A stretch of 64,000 nucleotides of DNA from Bdellovibrionota bacterium (lineage in GTDB: Bacteria; Bdellovibrionota_C; UBA2361; OMII01). Both the position numbers and the translations under genes were made by a program. Positions 10,344 through 18,964 of this stretch are shown here, in pieces. The notes beneath the pieces were generated by a model. That model ran no database searches, was not told where the DNA came from, and was given only the letters and a program-made list of their open reading frames with translations. The stretch spans positions 3,172 through 67,171 of the forward strand of contig JBIIOE010000004.1 of assembly GCA_044337105.1 (NCBI GenBank), read 5' to 3'. Position 1 is the first letter of the stretch. The number at the start of each line of letters is the position of its first letter.

Positions 10344-11228
10344 TCAGAAAAGTTTCTTACTGGACACGACTCGCGATACGTACTCGCGTGTTGAGGCGGG
10401 AAGAAATGGGGCTACGTTGTCGTAGTGTGCCGGGTCTTTGCCGGCGCGCTGTGCTCGGTGTTGGGCTGAAGCCACCCGTCCTTCACCAGCATTGAAGGCG
10501 GCAACGGCAAGCATCTCCAGCGAGGTGTCATCTGCTGCCGGCTTTGTGCTTCTGTCGTTGGGCAGCGATGTAGGAGACTTGAAGATGTCATGAAGGTACT
10601 TCAGGTACGAAGTGCCGAGCTCTATGTTGAGGTCCGGATCGAACGGATCATATGGACGGTCGGTCTGCGCTCCGCGAGCAAGCAGGTCTTTACCTGTGGA
10701 GTCGAGGAGCTGAAAAAGTCCCTTCGAAGCATGACCATCTGAGCTCACCGCTCGAGGATTGAAACCGGATTCAGTCTTAACAACTGCAGCCGCCAAACTT
10801 GGATCGATGCCGAATCTCTGTCCGGCGGTCTGGAGCTTCTGACGGATCTCCACTTGTCCGATCTGGGAGCCCGTGACACCAGCCGGGTCGCCGGCAAGCT
10901 CTATACGTTTAACCTGGTAAACCGCCGGGGTTTTGACACCCTCAGTCACCGTTTCGACCTGCTCCTGTGTCGGATCCGGTGGCATCTCCGGCTGCATGCT
11001 CGGTAACTCGAGCGCTGGCTCGTCGAAGCGGTATCGGGCACGGATGTCCTCTGGCGAGCTCGGCGGCACCGGAGGCTCAGGTGATTTCTCTGTGATTACT
11101 GGTGGTTGAGGAAGAAGGCTGTTGAGACTGCCGTCAAAGCTACTCTTGCCCGTAGAGGGCGCAGGCGACGCAGAGGCCCTTAAAAGCCGAGAAACGTCTT
11201 TGAAATGTGCTCCGAAATCTATTCGCAT
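10344..11228 (-). CDS. Lytic transglycosylase (SLT domain) with a Pro-rich N-terminal region, possibly flagellum-associated
   Basis: AVVKTESGFNPRAVSSDGHASKGLFQLLDSTG carries the SLT catalytic Glu-Ser motif. The gene is adjacent to the flagellins. ATG 11228 with GAGGGAAAGGA upstream is preferred over TTG 11252. Confidence 0.8.
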   Translation of the reverse strand: MRIDFGAHFKDVSRLLRASASPAPSTGKSSFDGSLNSLLPQPPVITEKSPEPPVPPSSPEDIRARYRFDEPALELPSMQPEMPPDPTQEQVETVTEGVKTPAVYQVKRIELAGDPAGVTGSQIGQVEIRQKLQTAGQRFGIDPSLAAAVVKTESGFNPRAVSSDGHASKGLFQLLDSTGKDLLARGAQTDRPYDPFDPDLNIELGTSYLKYLHDIFKSPTSLPNDRSTKPAADDTSLEMLAVAAFNAGEGRVASAQHRAQRAGKDPAHYDNVAPFLPASTREYVSRVVSSKKLF

Positions 11229-11398
11229 GGGCTTGGGTATCCTTTCCCTCAAGCCTTACCCCTGCATTGAATGTGCCAAGATCTGCTACCTGACATACGA
11301 CCGGTAACAAATCCTTTTCCTCATCCTTCTCATAATCCTGCACCTGCACCAGCTTCCTGATTCCCCTCGCATTATCTGGATGAGCATACGGTTGAGAG

Positions 11399-11445
11399 GT
11401 GTCCGTCTTCCCAACGACAGGTATTCGCACCGTAGTCCTTTATGA
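11399..11445. repeat. Left copy of a 47-nt inverted-repeat core (partner at 15362-15408)
   Basis: The reverse complement matches 15362-15408 at 42 of 47 positions. Weaker similarity extends outward to about 11300. Confidence 0.8.
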
Positions 11446-11604
11446 AGAGCAGGAAGATCAATCATTTTTCTGTAACTAGCTAAAGAGTGCTGGCGGGCCG
11501 ATGATGGTAGGTGATGGTGCAGCCAAGATTGATAAGATTAGCCCCGAAATGCAGGGTTAGATGCCATGTGACGAGTAGTTGCTAGGTGCAAAATCCGACG
11601 CTAA

Positions 11605-11706
11605 CCGATCACTGATTCCGAAACTGCCGATCACCTGTTCCGAAATGACCGATCACTGATTCCGAAAGTGCCGATCAGGCATTCCGGAGCTGCCGATCTG
11701 CCCCGG
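11605..11706 (+). repeat. 22-bp tandem direct repeat, about 4.5 units (CCGATCACTGATTCCGAAANNG)
   Basis: Units start at 11605, 11627, 11649, 11671 and 11693. The first three are nearly identical and the last two are degenerate. Confidence 0.9.
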
Positions 11707-11744
11707 GCTAGGACCGAAGCGACCTTGAGGGGTAAACCAGCACG

Positions 11745-11872
11745 CCTCTATCTCTGGTACCCTCTATCTCTGGTACACCCCAACTGTCACTAACTCGATA
11801 TCAGAATGATTGCCGCCCTCTATCTCTGGTACACCCCAACTGTCACTAACTCGATATCAGAATGATTGCCGC
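11745..11872 (+). repeat. 56-bp tandem duplication (two full units plus a 16-nt partial), each unit carrying the REP-like motif CTGGTACACCCCAACT
   Basis: Units 11761-11816 and 11817-11872 are identical. The partial copy is at 11745-11760. Confidence 0.95.
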
Positions 11873-12053
11873 CCATTCAATTGTGCCCAAAGATGCTCGT
11901 AATCCGCGGCCAAGTGACTGTTTGCGCCTTTGACAACAACTTTACAAAGGCGCTGAGAGGGAATGTCAGGTTACGAACCCGATTCCGACAACACAACGCC
12001 TGTGGCTATCAGTGTAGCCGTGCGATTAAAGTAGCGAGGATGGACTAAGGTAC

Positions 12054-13022
12054 CTACCAGACATTACATAGCTTTGGCGCAGGAGGAATAAAACACTCCT
12101 TGGGCCAAGGGATATTTTTTGCCCCTTGCTTTAAGAGCTCGTAGCATCTTCTGCACTTGAGCCGAAATGCGCGGAATCGTCTGATATGCGCCGTACGAAT
12201 CTCTTTTGTAGAGCCGTACGCAAAGATTCGTCGCTCTTTAGGAGGTGGAATGTACGCGTCTGTTACTACATAGCCTTCGAGCCTCTCAGGGATCGGCTCA
12301 GACCTTGAAAGTTCAGCCTCTCCTTCTCGAACCTGCCTTATGATTCTTTGGCGTACCGCTTCTATTTCCTCGGGTGTGGTTACCCCAAAGGCTTCGAGCC
12401 ACTTAAAAGGATATATTCGAAGTGTATGAGTCTCTCGTCCCTGTGTCCTCTCCTGTAACTGCTGAACGACCCTCTGCTCTTCGCGTACGGAAGGATTCTC
12501 TTGAGACAAAGGATTGATATCAGTCGCATATATCCAAGGGATCTCCTTCTCAATGCAAGCATTTACGTCTGCGGGGGCAGAGAGGAACTCCTTCCAGGTA
12601 TGAAGCCCCTTGAACGAATCGATTGTCTTGCTCTGCCTGGCTCGGACTGGATTCAAGAAGGTGTACACCATTCTCTGCACTGCAATGTCGATATCCAGTA
12701 CCTCTACCACACTGTCATCGTCATCCCACAATGATAAGCTCCGTAGAGCTAGGAGGCGCTTTAGGAAGTCCGTAATCCGTTTCTTGAGCCCGCCATGAAA
12801 GTCACGGAGAGCAGACGCATCGAGGGAGTAAAGCTGAATATGAGGATGGTTAGCCATCCAGACGAAGGCACAGACGATGACCTGCTCTGTTCGCAAGAGG
12901 CGAGCAATAATACTCTGAAGTAATAGAGCAGTAAGTCTCCTAGCGGGCAGGGGGAGCCCTTGCTTCGACCGGAAGGTCAACTCATACATTCGCTTGCTGA
13001 AGTACATTCTTGGCGATCTCAT
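12054..13022 (-). CDS. Y1 HUH-type transposase-like protein (IS200/RAYT superfamily; REP-associated tyrosine transposase candidate)
   Basis: There is an HUH motif in VWMANHPHIQLY and a catalytic-Tyr motif in VYTFLNPVRA. The gene is flanked by inversely oriented REP-like repeats. Confidence 0.75.
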   Translation of the reverse strand: MRSPRMYFSKRMYELTFRSKQGLPLPARRLTALLLQSIIARLLRTEQVIVCAFVWMANHPHIQLYSLDASALRDFHGGLKKRITDFLKRLLALRSLSLWDDDDSVVEVLDIDIAVQRMVYTFLNPVRARQSKTIDSFKGLHTWKEFLSAPADVNACIEKEIPWIYATDINPLSQENPSVREEQRVVQQLQERTQGRETHTLRIYPFKWLEAFGVTTPEEIEAVRQRIIRQVREGEAELSRSEPIPERLEGYVVTDAYIPPPKERRIFAYGSTKEIRTAHIRRFRAFRLKCRRCYELLKQGAKNIPWPKECFIPPAPKLCNVW

Positions 13023-13054
13023 TCCCTGTTAATCGGAAGGAAGGTGATCTTGTT

Positions 13055-13211
13055 GCTTCACGCGAGAAGAAAAGTTGGGGTGTACCAGCGACGGGACCAG
13101 CGACGGGGGAAGAAAAGTTGGGGTGTACCAGCGACGGGGGGCTTCACGCGAGAAGAAAAGTTGGGGTGTACCAGCGACGGGGGAAAAGTTGGGGTGTACC
13201 AGCGACGGGGG
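13055..13211 (+). repeat. Array of four REP-like units (AAAAGTTGGGGTGTACCAGCGACGGGG), the reverse complement of the motif at 11770 and 11826
   Basis: GTTGGGGTGTACCAG occurs at 13074, 13117, 13160 and 13188. The array begins 33 bp upstream of the transposase-like gene start. Confidence 0.95.
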
Positions 13212-13269
13212 CTATACTGCCAGGTGTAATTCGAAGAATGTAAATTCGAATTCGCTAAATCCGTCGCAA

Positions 13270-13748
13270 CTGTGCCCCCTCTTTCTTCTGAGGTTTTTAG
13301 AGGAGCGTTTCTCAAAGGGTGCACCGCTGCGACAGACGACGTATTGAGCGTGCTCCCTTGTCGCTTGAGAAGTTCTCAATACAGGACGACATCTTGACCT
13401 ACACCACCAAGGACGGTGCAGCTCACGCATTCGATGCTCTGGAATTTCTTGCAGCGCTCTCGGCGCATATTCCTAAAACCTACGAGTCTCTAACAAGGTG
13501 CGATGGAAGGTACTCCTGTAGGCGCAGAGGTGAACGCGCAAAGCTCTCACCTCCTCCAGCAGAAGAACAAGAGAGCGACTATCGGAAAGAGCTCCGCAAC
13601 AGTTCTTGGGCCGCGTGCATAAAGCGTATTTATGAGATCGACCCACTAGAGTGCCCCAAATGCAAATCGCAGACCTGTCTCGCCGTAGCCTAAAAGGCGA
13701 AGGAGGATGAGGATCATCGCCTTCATCCAAGAGGAGACTGCAATGTGA
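13270..13748 (+). pseudogene. C-terminal remnant of an IS91-family (Y2/rolling-circle) transposase, frameshifted and truncated
   Basis: FDALEFLAALSAHIPKTYESLTR..RYSCRRRG...ACIKRIYEIDPLECPKCKSQ is followed by a stop. MRIIAFIQEE continues in another frame (13707-13748). The whole N-terminal catalytic part is absent. Confidence 0.7.
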
Positions 13749-14053
13749 ACTGTGTACGGGAGTGGCGCGCTCACAAGTTGTCGATAGCCTCCGGAGTCAT
13801 TCTATCCGGGAAGATCATGGGCAACTGATTCATCTCTTGCCCTTTCTCAGAAGCCGGAATGAACCGGAGTAATCCCTATGCCGCAGCACAGCCCAAGTGT
13901 CGCCAATAGTGACAAGGAAACAAAGAGGAGCCTGGCACCAGGGAAGGAATGCTTACTTTCTTTCCCCACCTTTCTCCACCAAGGCTACGGCGGCCACGAC
14001 GGCTTGATTGATAAAGCTATGCAAAACACAAGTCGCGTTGTATTTTGCACATT

Positions 14054-15193
14054 ATGATACAGCGCTTTAAGAAAATCACACTAATCCAGATGCTTGGCAT
14101 GTTTCCGGCTGTGGTGATGGTAGGCCCACGCCAGTGCGGTAAGACTACCCTCTCCAAGACTCTAAGCAAGCAGTACTACGATTTGGAGCTTGAGAGCGAC
14201 CGCCTACGACTTGATCTTGAGTGGGAGAGGGCCGTGAAGGGTTCCGAGCTCATCATTCTGGACGAGGCCCAGTGTTTCCCCGAGATATTTCCGCGTGTTC
14301 GCAGCGCTATAGATAGTAATCGAGGGACATACGGACGATTTTTGATGCTTGGTTCTGTTGCTCCGTCGTTAATGCGTGAGGTGTCAGAGTCCTTGGTGGG
14401 GCGCGCAGCCTTAGTCGAGATGGGGCCGCTGAGTTTGTTGGAGCTAGCAGAAGATAAGCTCGATGAGTTGTGGCGATTCGGGGGATTTCCCGAAGGGGGA
14501 GTTTTGGATGAGGCTCGCTATCCGATCTGGCAAGAGAGCTACGTGAGTCTTATGACACAACGTGATCTACCGAATCTAGGGTTGCCATCTAAACCGATGG
14601 TGACGGAGCGGTTGTTGAAGATGATCGCAGCTGTGCATGCTCAGGAATGGAACGCCTCAAAGATAGGGGCGTCTCTAGGTATAAATTATCAGACAGTCAA
14701 TTCCTATTTGGGATATCTTCATGGCGCATTTGTGACCCGTGCGTTGACTCCATTTGAGACGAACTTGAAGAAGCGCTTAGTTAAGCACCCGAAATTATAT
14801 ATTCGCGACGCGGGTTTGTTACACGCTCTTTTGGGTTTAGGAAGACGGCAGGATCTTTTATCCCAACCGTGGGTCGGAGCGAGCTGGGAAGGATTTGTTA
14901 TCGAGCAGATACTCGCGAATCTTGATGCGCGAGATGGCGTTCCAACTCCACATTTCATACGAGCTGGTGAGGCAGAGATAGATCTTGTTATTCGATACCG
15001 TGGAGAGCTTTGGGCTTTCGAAATAAAGCTGACTACGGAGCCGACCCGTGACCACATAAAACATTTGCGCACACTAGGCGCTGCTTTGGGGGCAACCCGA
15101 AGAATCCTCGTTTATCGTGGGCAAGCGCATCAAAGAGGGGATGATTGTGAAGTGATGTCGCTACCAGATGTGCTCCAAGCAGTAGCTGGGTAG
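14054..15193 (+). CDS. AAA-type ATPase with a DUF4143 C-terminal domain
   Basis: Walker A is VVMVGPRQCGKTTL and Walker B is LIILDEAQ. The C-terminal AEIDLVIRYRGELWAFEIK block is typical of AAA_14/DUF4143 proteins. The ORF track starts at TTG 14045; ATG 14054 is preferred. Confidence 0.8.
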   Translation: MIQRFKKITLIQMLGMFPAVVMVGPRQCGKTTLSKTLSKQYYDLELESDRLRLDLEWERAVKGSELIILDEAQCFPEIFPRVRSAIDSNRGTYGRFLMLGSVAPSLMREVSESLVGRAALVEMGPLSLLELAEDKLDELWRFGGFPEGGVLDEARYPIWQESYVSLMTQRDLPNLGLPSKPMVTERLLKMIAAVHAQEWNASKIGASLGINYQTVNSYLGYLHGAFVTRALTPFETNLKKRLVKHPKLYIRDAGLLHALLGLGRRQDLLSQPWVGASWEGFVIEQILANLDARDGVPTPHFIRAGEAEIDLVIRYRGELWAFEIKLTTEPTRDHIKHLRTLGAALGATRRILVYRGQAHQRGDDCEVMSLPDVLQAVAG

Positions 15194-15361
15194 CCTGTTC
15201 AAGTATCAAAGAAAGACTTGAACATGAAAAGGGTAAAGGCTGGCTGCGCGCGACAGAACGCGCCAGGCTTCATACCGCTTCGCTCTTGCTGCTTGATTAG
15301 CTCGTCCCAGCTTCTCTCATCTCGTCCTCCGGCGTCAGTTAAACGTTACGGGAGGCTTCTC

Positions 15362-15408
15362 TCATAAAGGACTACTGCCCGAATACCTGTCGTTGGGAGA
15401 ACGGACAC
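15362..15408. repeat. Right copy of the 47-nt inverted-repeat core (partner at 11399-11445)
   Basis: See 11399-11445. The second shared block GGTGCAGGTGCAGGA lies at 15519-15533, and its reverse complement at 11336-11350. Confidence 0.8.
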
Positions 15409-15600
15409 GGTTGAGAGGATGTTGACGATTGATCTGAGTTTGGTTCTGGTGAGCAGGGAGACACACAAGGTGACTCGTCAGGACCACTCCGAAGTTTCGT
15501 GATGATGACGAAGAAACCGGTGCAGGTGCAGGAGGATGATAAAGAGGAAGAGGAGGAGGAGGTCTCAGGGGACGAATGGACCTCGCTAGAAACACCCTAC

Positions 15601-16344
15601 CTAGACGGCCTCAGGCAACTCCCAGGAGATCCCCGAAATCCCATGCCTTTGAAGGTACTCGTTTGTCTTCGAGAAGTGACGACATCCCAAGAAGCCACGA
15701 TGTGCCGAGAGCGGCGATGGATGAGGTGCCTCTAAGACGAGGTGTTTCGTGCGGTCTACAAAGCTCGCCTTCTTCTGCGCATAGGCTCCCCACAAAAGAA
15801 AAACTATGTGCTCTCTTCGATCGTTTAGTTCCCGTATGACTCGATCGGTGAAGCGCTCCCAGCCACGATTGGCGTGCGAGCCGGCCTTACTCTCCTCTAC
15901 CGTCAAAACCGCATTGAGCAGGAGAACCCCCTGCCGAGCCCACGTCTCCAGACAGCCGTGCTTCGCTCTTTTGATACCGAGGTCGCTCTGGAGCTCGCGA
16001 AAGATATTGACTAGTGATGGCGGCGGAGGCGTGGGGGGCTTCACCGAGAAACAGAGTCCGTGCGCCTGTTGGGGGCCATGGTAGGGATCCTGCCCGAGTA
16101 TGACTACTTTCACCTGTTCGAACGGTGTGAAAGTGAGCGCATTAAAAAACTCGCTGTCCTTAGGATAGATCGTCTTTCCAGAGCTTCGCTCGGTTTCGAC
16201 GAATGTAAGGAGGTCAGTAAAATACGGCTGCTCTCGCTCTCCAGCTAGCACTTCCTGCCACACGCTCGAATGGTGAGGGTCACTGGGGTGTTCACTCTCA
16301 CTCTGAAAGGGCTCTGCGTTATGCATAGTATCGGCGCGCTGCAA
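15601..16344 (-). CDS. ung: Uracil-DNA glycosylase (family 1)
   Basis: [22 protein letters not shown] and HPSPLSA are the canonical Ung motifs. The start is TTG 16344 or ATG 16326. Confidence 0.9.
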   Translation of the reverse strand: MQRADTMHNAEPFQSESEHPSDPHHSSVWQEVLAGEREQPYFTDLLTFVETERSSGKTIYPKDSEFFNALTFTPFEQVKVVILGQDPYHGPQQAHGLCFSVKPPTPPPPSLVNIFRELQSDLGIKRAKHGCLETWARQGVLLLNAVLTVEESKAGSHANRGWERFTDRVIRELNDRREHIVFLLWGAYAQKKASFVDRTKHLVLEAPHPSPLSAHRGFLGCRHFSKTNEYLQRHGISGISWELPEAV

Positions 16345-16368
16345 GGCTAGGCTATGTGGTCTCTTTCC

Positions 16369-17295
16369 TCAATATTCCTTCGACTCTTCTATCTCATTGA
16401 GGATCTGTAAATACGACTCGTACCTCCAGGGCGCAATCTCCCCGCTCTCCACGGCATCTCTCACCCCACACTGCGGCTCTAGCAGATGCTTGCAATCGAG
16501 GAAGCGGCACCCCACCTTGAACTGCGCGAATTCGTCAAAGGCTGCTTCGACGGCTTCGACAGACACGTGAGAAAGCCCGAAGAACTGAACTCCCGGGAAA
16601 TCTATTATGATTTTCCGCGCTGCGCCGCGCGGCTCATAGAGGAACCCGCGCGGTTGAGAGGTGGTCTGCTTCCCCTGGCCCGTCTTCGCACTGACATCAC
16701 CTGTGCGCGCTTTAGCATCAGGGACAAGTCTATTCAGGATCGTACTCTTTCCAACGCCCGATACACCGCACAATGCGGCGACTCTCACCTGCGGCACCTG
16801 TATGCGACGCTCCACTTCAGCGAGTCCTTTGCCGAACTTCGCACTGCACGCGAGGAGTTCGATTCCTATTCTCTTGTAGAGGGAAAAGAGCTCCATTATC
16901 TCCTCCACTCCAAGGTCTGCTTTGTTTATGACCAAGACCGTAGGGATCGCCTGAACTCGCGCTGCAACCAACATTCGATCGATGACGACAGGGTTGAGAG
17001 CGTTACCAACTGCTGTGATCACACACAGGAGGTCTATATTTGCTCCCATTCTCTTCACGGTGCCGCGATACGATCGATAGAGATTCCGAGTGGCGGGATT
17101 AATCCCCGTCACGAATACTCGCCCGTCTCGCACCTCGTAAGAGACGTGATCTCCCGGAGCCACCTCGAGAGTTCGTGAAGAGGTAGTGCCAGATACGATG
17201 CCCTCCTCCTCCGTCAAAAGAGAAACATGGCGCCGTGAAACCTCAAGCACCTGTCCAGCTCCTAATGTATGTGTCGAGTCCGGTTCGTTACGCAC
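16369..17295 (-). CDS. rsgA: Ribosome small-subunit-dependent GTPase A
   Basis: The circularly permuted GTPase order is present: LVINKADL, then GVSGVGKSTILNRL. The C-terminal zinc knuckle is CRFLDCKHLLEPQCGV. Confidence 0.9.
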   Translation of the reverse strand: MRNEPDSTHTLGAGQVLEVSRRHVSLLTEEEGIVSGTTSSRTLEVAPGDHVSYEVRDGRVFVTGINPATRNLYRSYRGTVKRMGANIDLLCVITAVGNALNPVVIDRMLVAARVQAIPTVLVINKADLGVEEIMELFSLYKRIGIELLACSAKFGKGLAEVERRIQVPQVRVAALCGVSGVGKSTILNRLVPDAKARTGDVSAKTGQGKQTTSQPRGFLYEPRGAARKIIIDFPGVQFFGLSHVSVEAVEAAFDEFAQFKVGCRFLDCKHLLEPQCGVRDAVESGEIAPWRYESYLQILNEIEESKEY

Positions 17296-17480
17296 GTTCT
17301 ATACCTTACGCGAGGGCACCATACTTGACGAGGGTAACAGCCTCTTCGAGCACATATTTTTGGTTAAAAAGTGAAGCGGGTTGAGCGATTAGACGTCCAA
17401 AGGCATGGAATTACGGCGGCTAGTGGTTATAAAAGTTCTGTAATACAGTAAGAATTGTCTTTATAGTTTCTCGGCACGAT

Positions 17481-17798
17481 ATGTGGAATCAACATCTCAA
17501 GATACAGGTGGCGCGATCGAGTCAGCGGTCATTTCCTTTCATTCCTGGATTGATATTTATCGTTTTGGGCTTATTGGTGCTTTTTGCGCCTCGGTTATTG
17601 ATCGCCGCCGTTGCCACCGTGCTCTTCTTAATCGGTGGGTTGTTGTGCTTCGTGGCTTGGAAACTCATGCAGTTCAAGCGGCAGCTCTCCACTTTGGCGC
17701 GTGGTCTGGAAGGGCGGATTCAAGTTCAAGCCTTTCATGTCAAGGATCCGAAAGGCCCGCTGTCGGACACTGAGGACAAGAAGATCATTTATCACTAA
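17481..17798 (+). CDS. Small hypothetical membrane protein (two predicted TM helices)
   Basis: An ORF with two hydrophobic stretches (IPGLIFIVLGLLVLFAP, AAVATVLFLIGGLLCFVAW). No recognisable family. Confidence 0.35.
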   Translation: MWNQHLKIQVARSSQRSFPFIPGLIFIVLGLLVLFAPRLLIAAVATVLFLIGGLLCFVAWKLMQFKRQLSTLARGLEGRIQVQAFHVKDPKGPLSDTEDKKIIYH

Positions 17799-17857
17799 GA
17801 GCGCGTAACAAAAATATCCCCTGCTGCGGCTGACGACATGCAGGCTGCGAAGTGGAA

Positions 17858-18859
17858 TTACACCATCTGGTCTTCTGCTCCGCCGCCACCGACGACGATC
17901 TTGCCTTCGGCCTCGAGCTTGCGCACGATATCCACGATACTTTGCTGAGCTTTTTCCACGTCCTTGAGTTTTACAGGGCCCAGCGCTTCGAGGTCTTCTT
18001 TGATCATCTCTGCGGCACGCTGTGAAACGTTGCGGAATATGAGGTCCTTGAGATCTGGGCTGGCGGTCTTGAGTGCCAGTACGAGTTGCTCGCGAGGTAC
18101 ATCCTTGAGAACCGTCTGAACACCGCGATCGTCGATCTTCTTGACGTCTTCGAAAGTGAACATGAGGTTTCGGATCTGCTCGGCAAGATCCGGGAACATC
18201 TCTTCGATCTCGGTGATAATGCGCTCCTCGTTGTTTCGATCGACGAAATTGAGGATGTCGGCAGCGGACTTCGGCCCTCCGATCTCCTCTTCTTGGAGGT
18301 CACTACTGCGAAGCTGACTGCGCAGTACTTCACGCACTTCGTCAACGACATCCGCCTTGACGTTGTTCAGGTTCGAGATACGGATGAGCACATCTGTCTG
18401 CATCTCCTCGCCCATGTGCGTCAGTACGTTCGCCGCCTGGTCAGGATTCATTTTGGTCATCAGAAAAGCGACCGTCTGGGGGTGCTCAGCGGCGATGAAT
18501 CCGTGCAAGATCTTCTCGGGCACCTCGGCAACGATTGAGCTGATAGGCTCCTTTTTCGTGCCCGTGATGTATTCGATCAGGCCCTCTCCGGCAGTCTCGC
18601 CGAATGCGCTAGCAATAACGTCCTTGGCGAATTCGCGGCCGTCAACGAGCATCGTGTCGCCGGCGCGCAGCATGCGTCGAAATTCCTGGGAGATGTCGAA
18701 CTGTGTTTCGCGATCGACCTCAGAAACGGACATGAAGGCACGGCTGATCCGTTTGACCTCTTGCTCATTGAGGTTTTGCATAACCTGAGCAGCCAGGTCT
18801 TTACCCAAGCTCAATAGGGTCAACGCAGCTTTTTCAGTATTGGACAGCTCTCGTGGCAT
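17858..18859 (-). CDS. fliG: Flagellar motor switch protein FliG
   Basis: 333 aa. The N-terminus is EKAALTLLSLGKDLAAQVMQNLNEQEVKRIS and the FliG C-terminal torque-helix region is EDVKKIDDRGVQTVLKDVPREQLVLALK. Confidence 0.9.
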   Translation of the reverse strand: MPRELSNTEKAALTLLSLGKDLAAQVMQNLNEQEVKRISRAFMSVSEVDRETQFDISQEFRRMLRAGDTMLVDGREFAKDVIASAFGETAGEGLIEYITGTKKEPISSIVAEVPEKILHGFIAAEHPQTVAFLMTKMNPDQAANVLTHMGEEMQTDVLIRISNLNNVKADVVDEVREVLRSQLRSSDLQEEEIGGPKSAADILNFVDRNNEERIITEIEEMFPDLAEQIRNLMFTFEDVKKIDDRGVQTVLKDVPREQLVLALKTASPDLKDLIFRNVSQRAAEMIKEDLEALGPVKLKDVEKAQQSIVDIVRKLEAEGKIVVGGGGAEDQMV

Positions 18860-18964
18860 GAACCTAAACCTCCACCTACAGAAGCATATGATGATACGTT
18901 GGGCGTCAGGGTCTCAGATTGATTTCCTTGTCTTCCTGTATCGGCGAAACTAGACTGAAGGGAT

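Noticed and set aside
11140-11430. Small ORFs in the two inverted-repeat arms (11140-11430 minus, 15499-15735 plus) sharing VQVQ followed by an acidic stretch
   Set aside because: The first overlaps the SLT gene start in another frame, and the second runs antisense into ung. The conserved 47-nt core has no start codon in the right-hand copy, and the two parts are in different frames there. I treat these as a nucleotide-level repeat, although an ancestral coding origin cannot be excluded.
11605-13211. Possible CRISPR arrays (22-bp array, REP arrays; also 25606-25869)
   Set aside because: The units are directly abutting or separated by repeated rather than unique sequence. There are no spacer-like unique inserts of regular length and no cas genes in the window.
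16486-17178. 230-aa plus-strand ORF
   Set aside because: It is antisense to the well-supported rsgA gene and has no recognisable motif. Similar shadow ORFs are antisense to roxA (5157-5657), the CysQ-like gene (37778-38335), the DedA gene (39876-40442), amt (43260-43790) and chrA (55580-56089).
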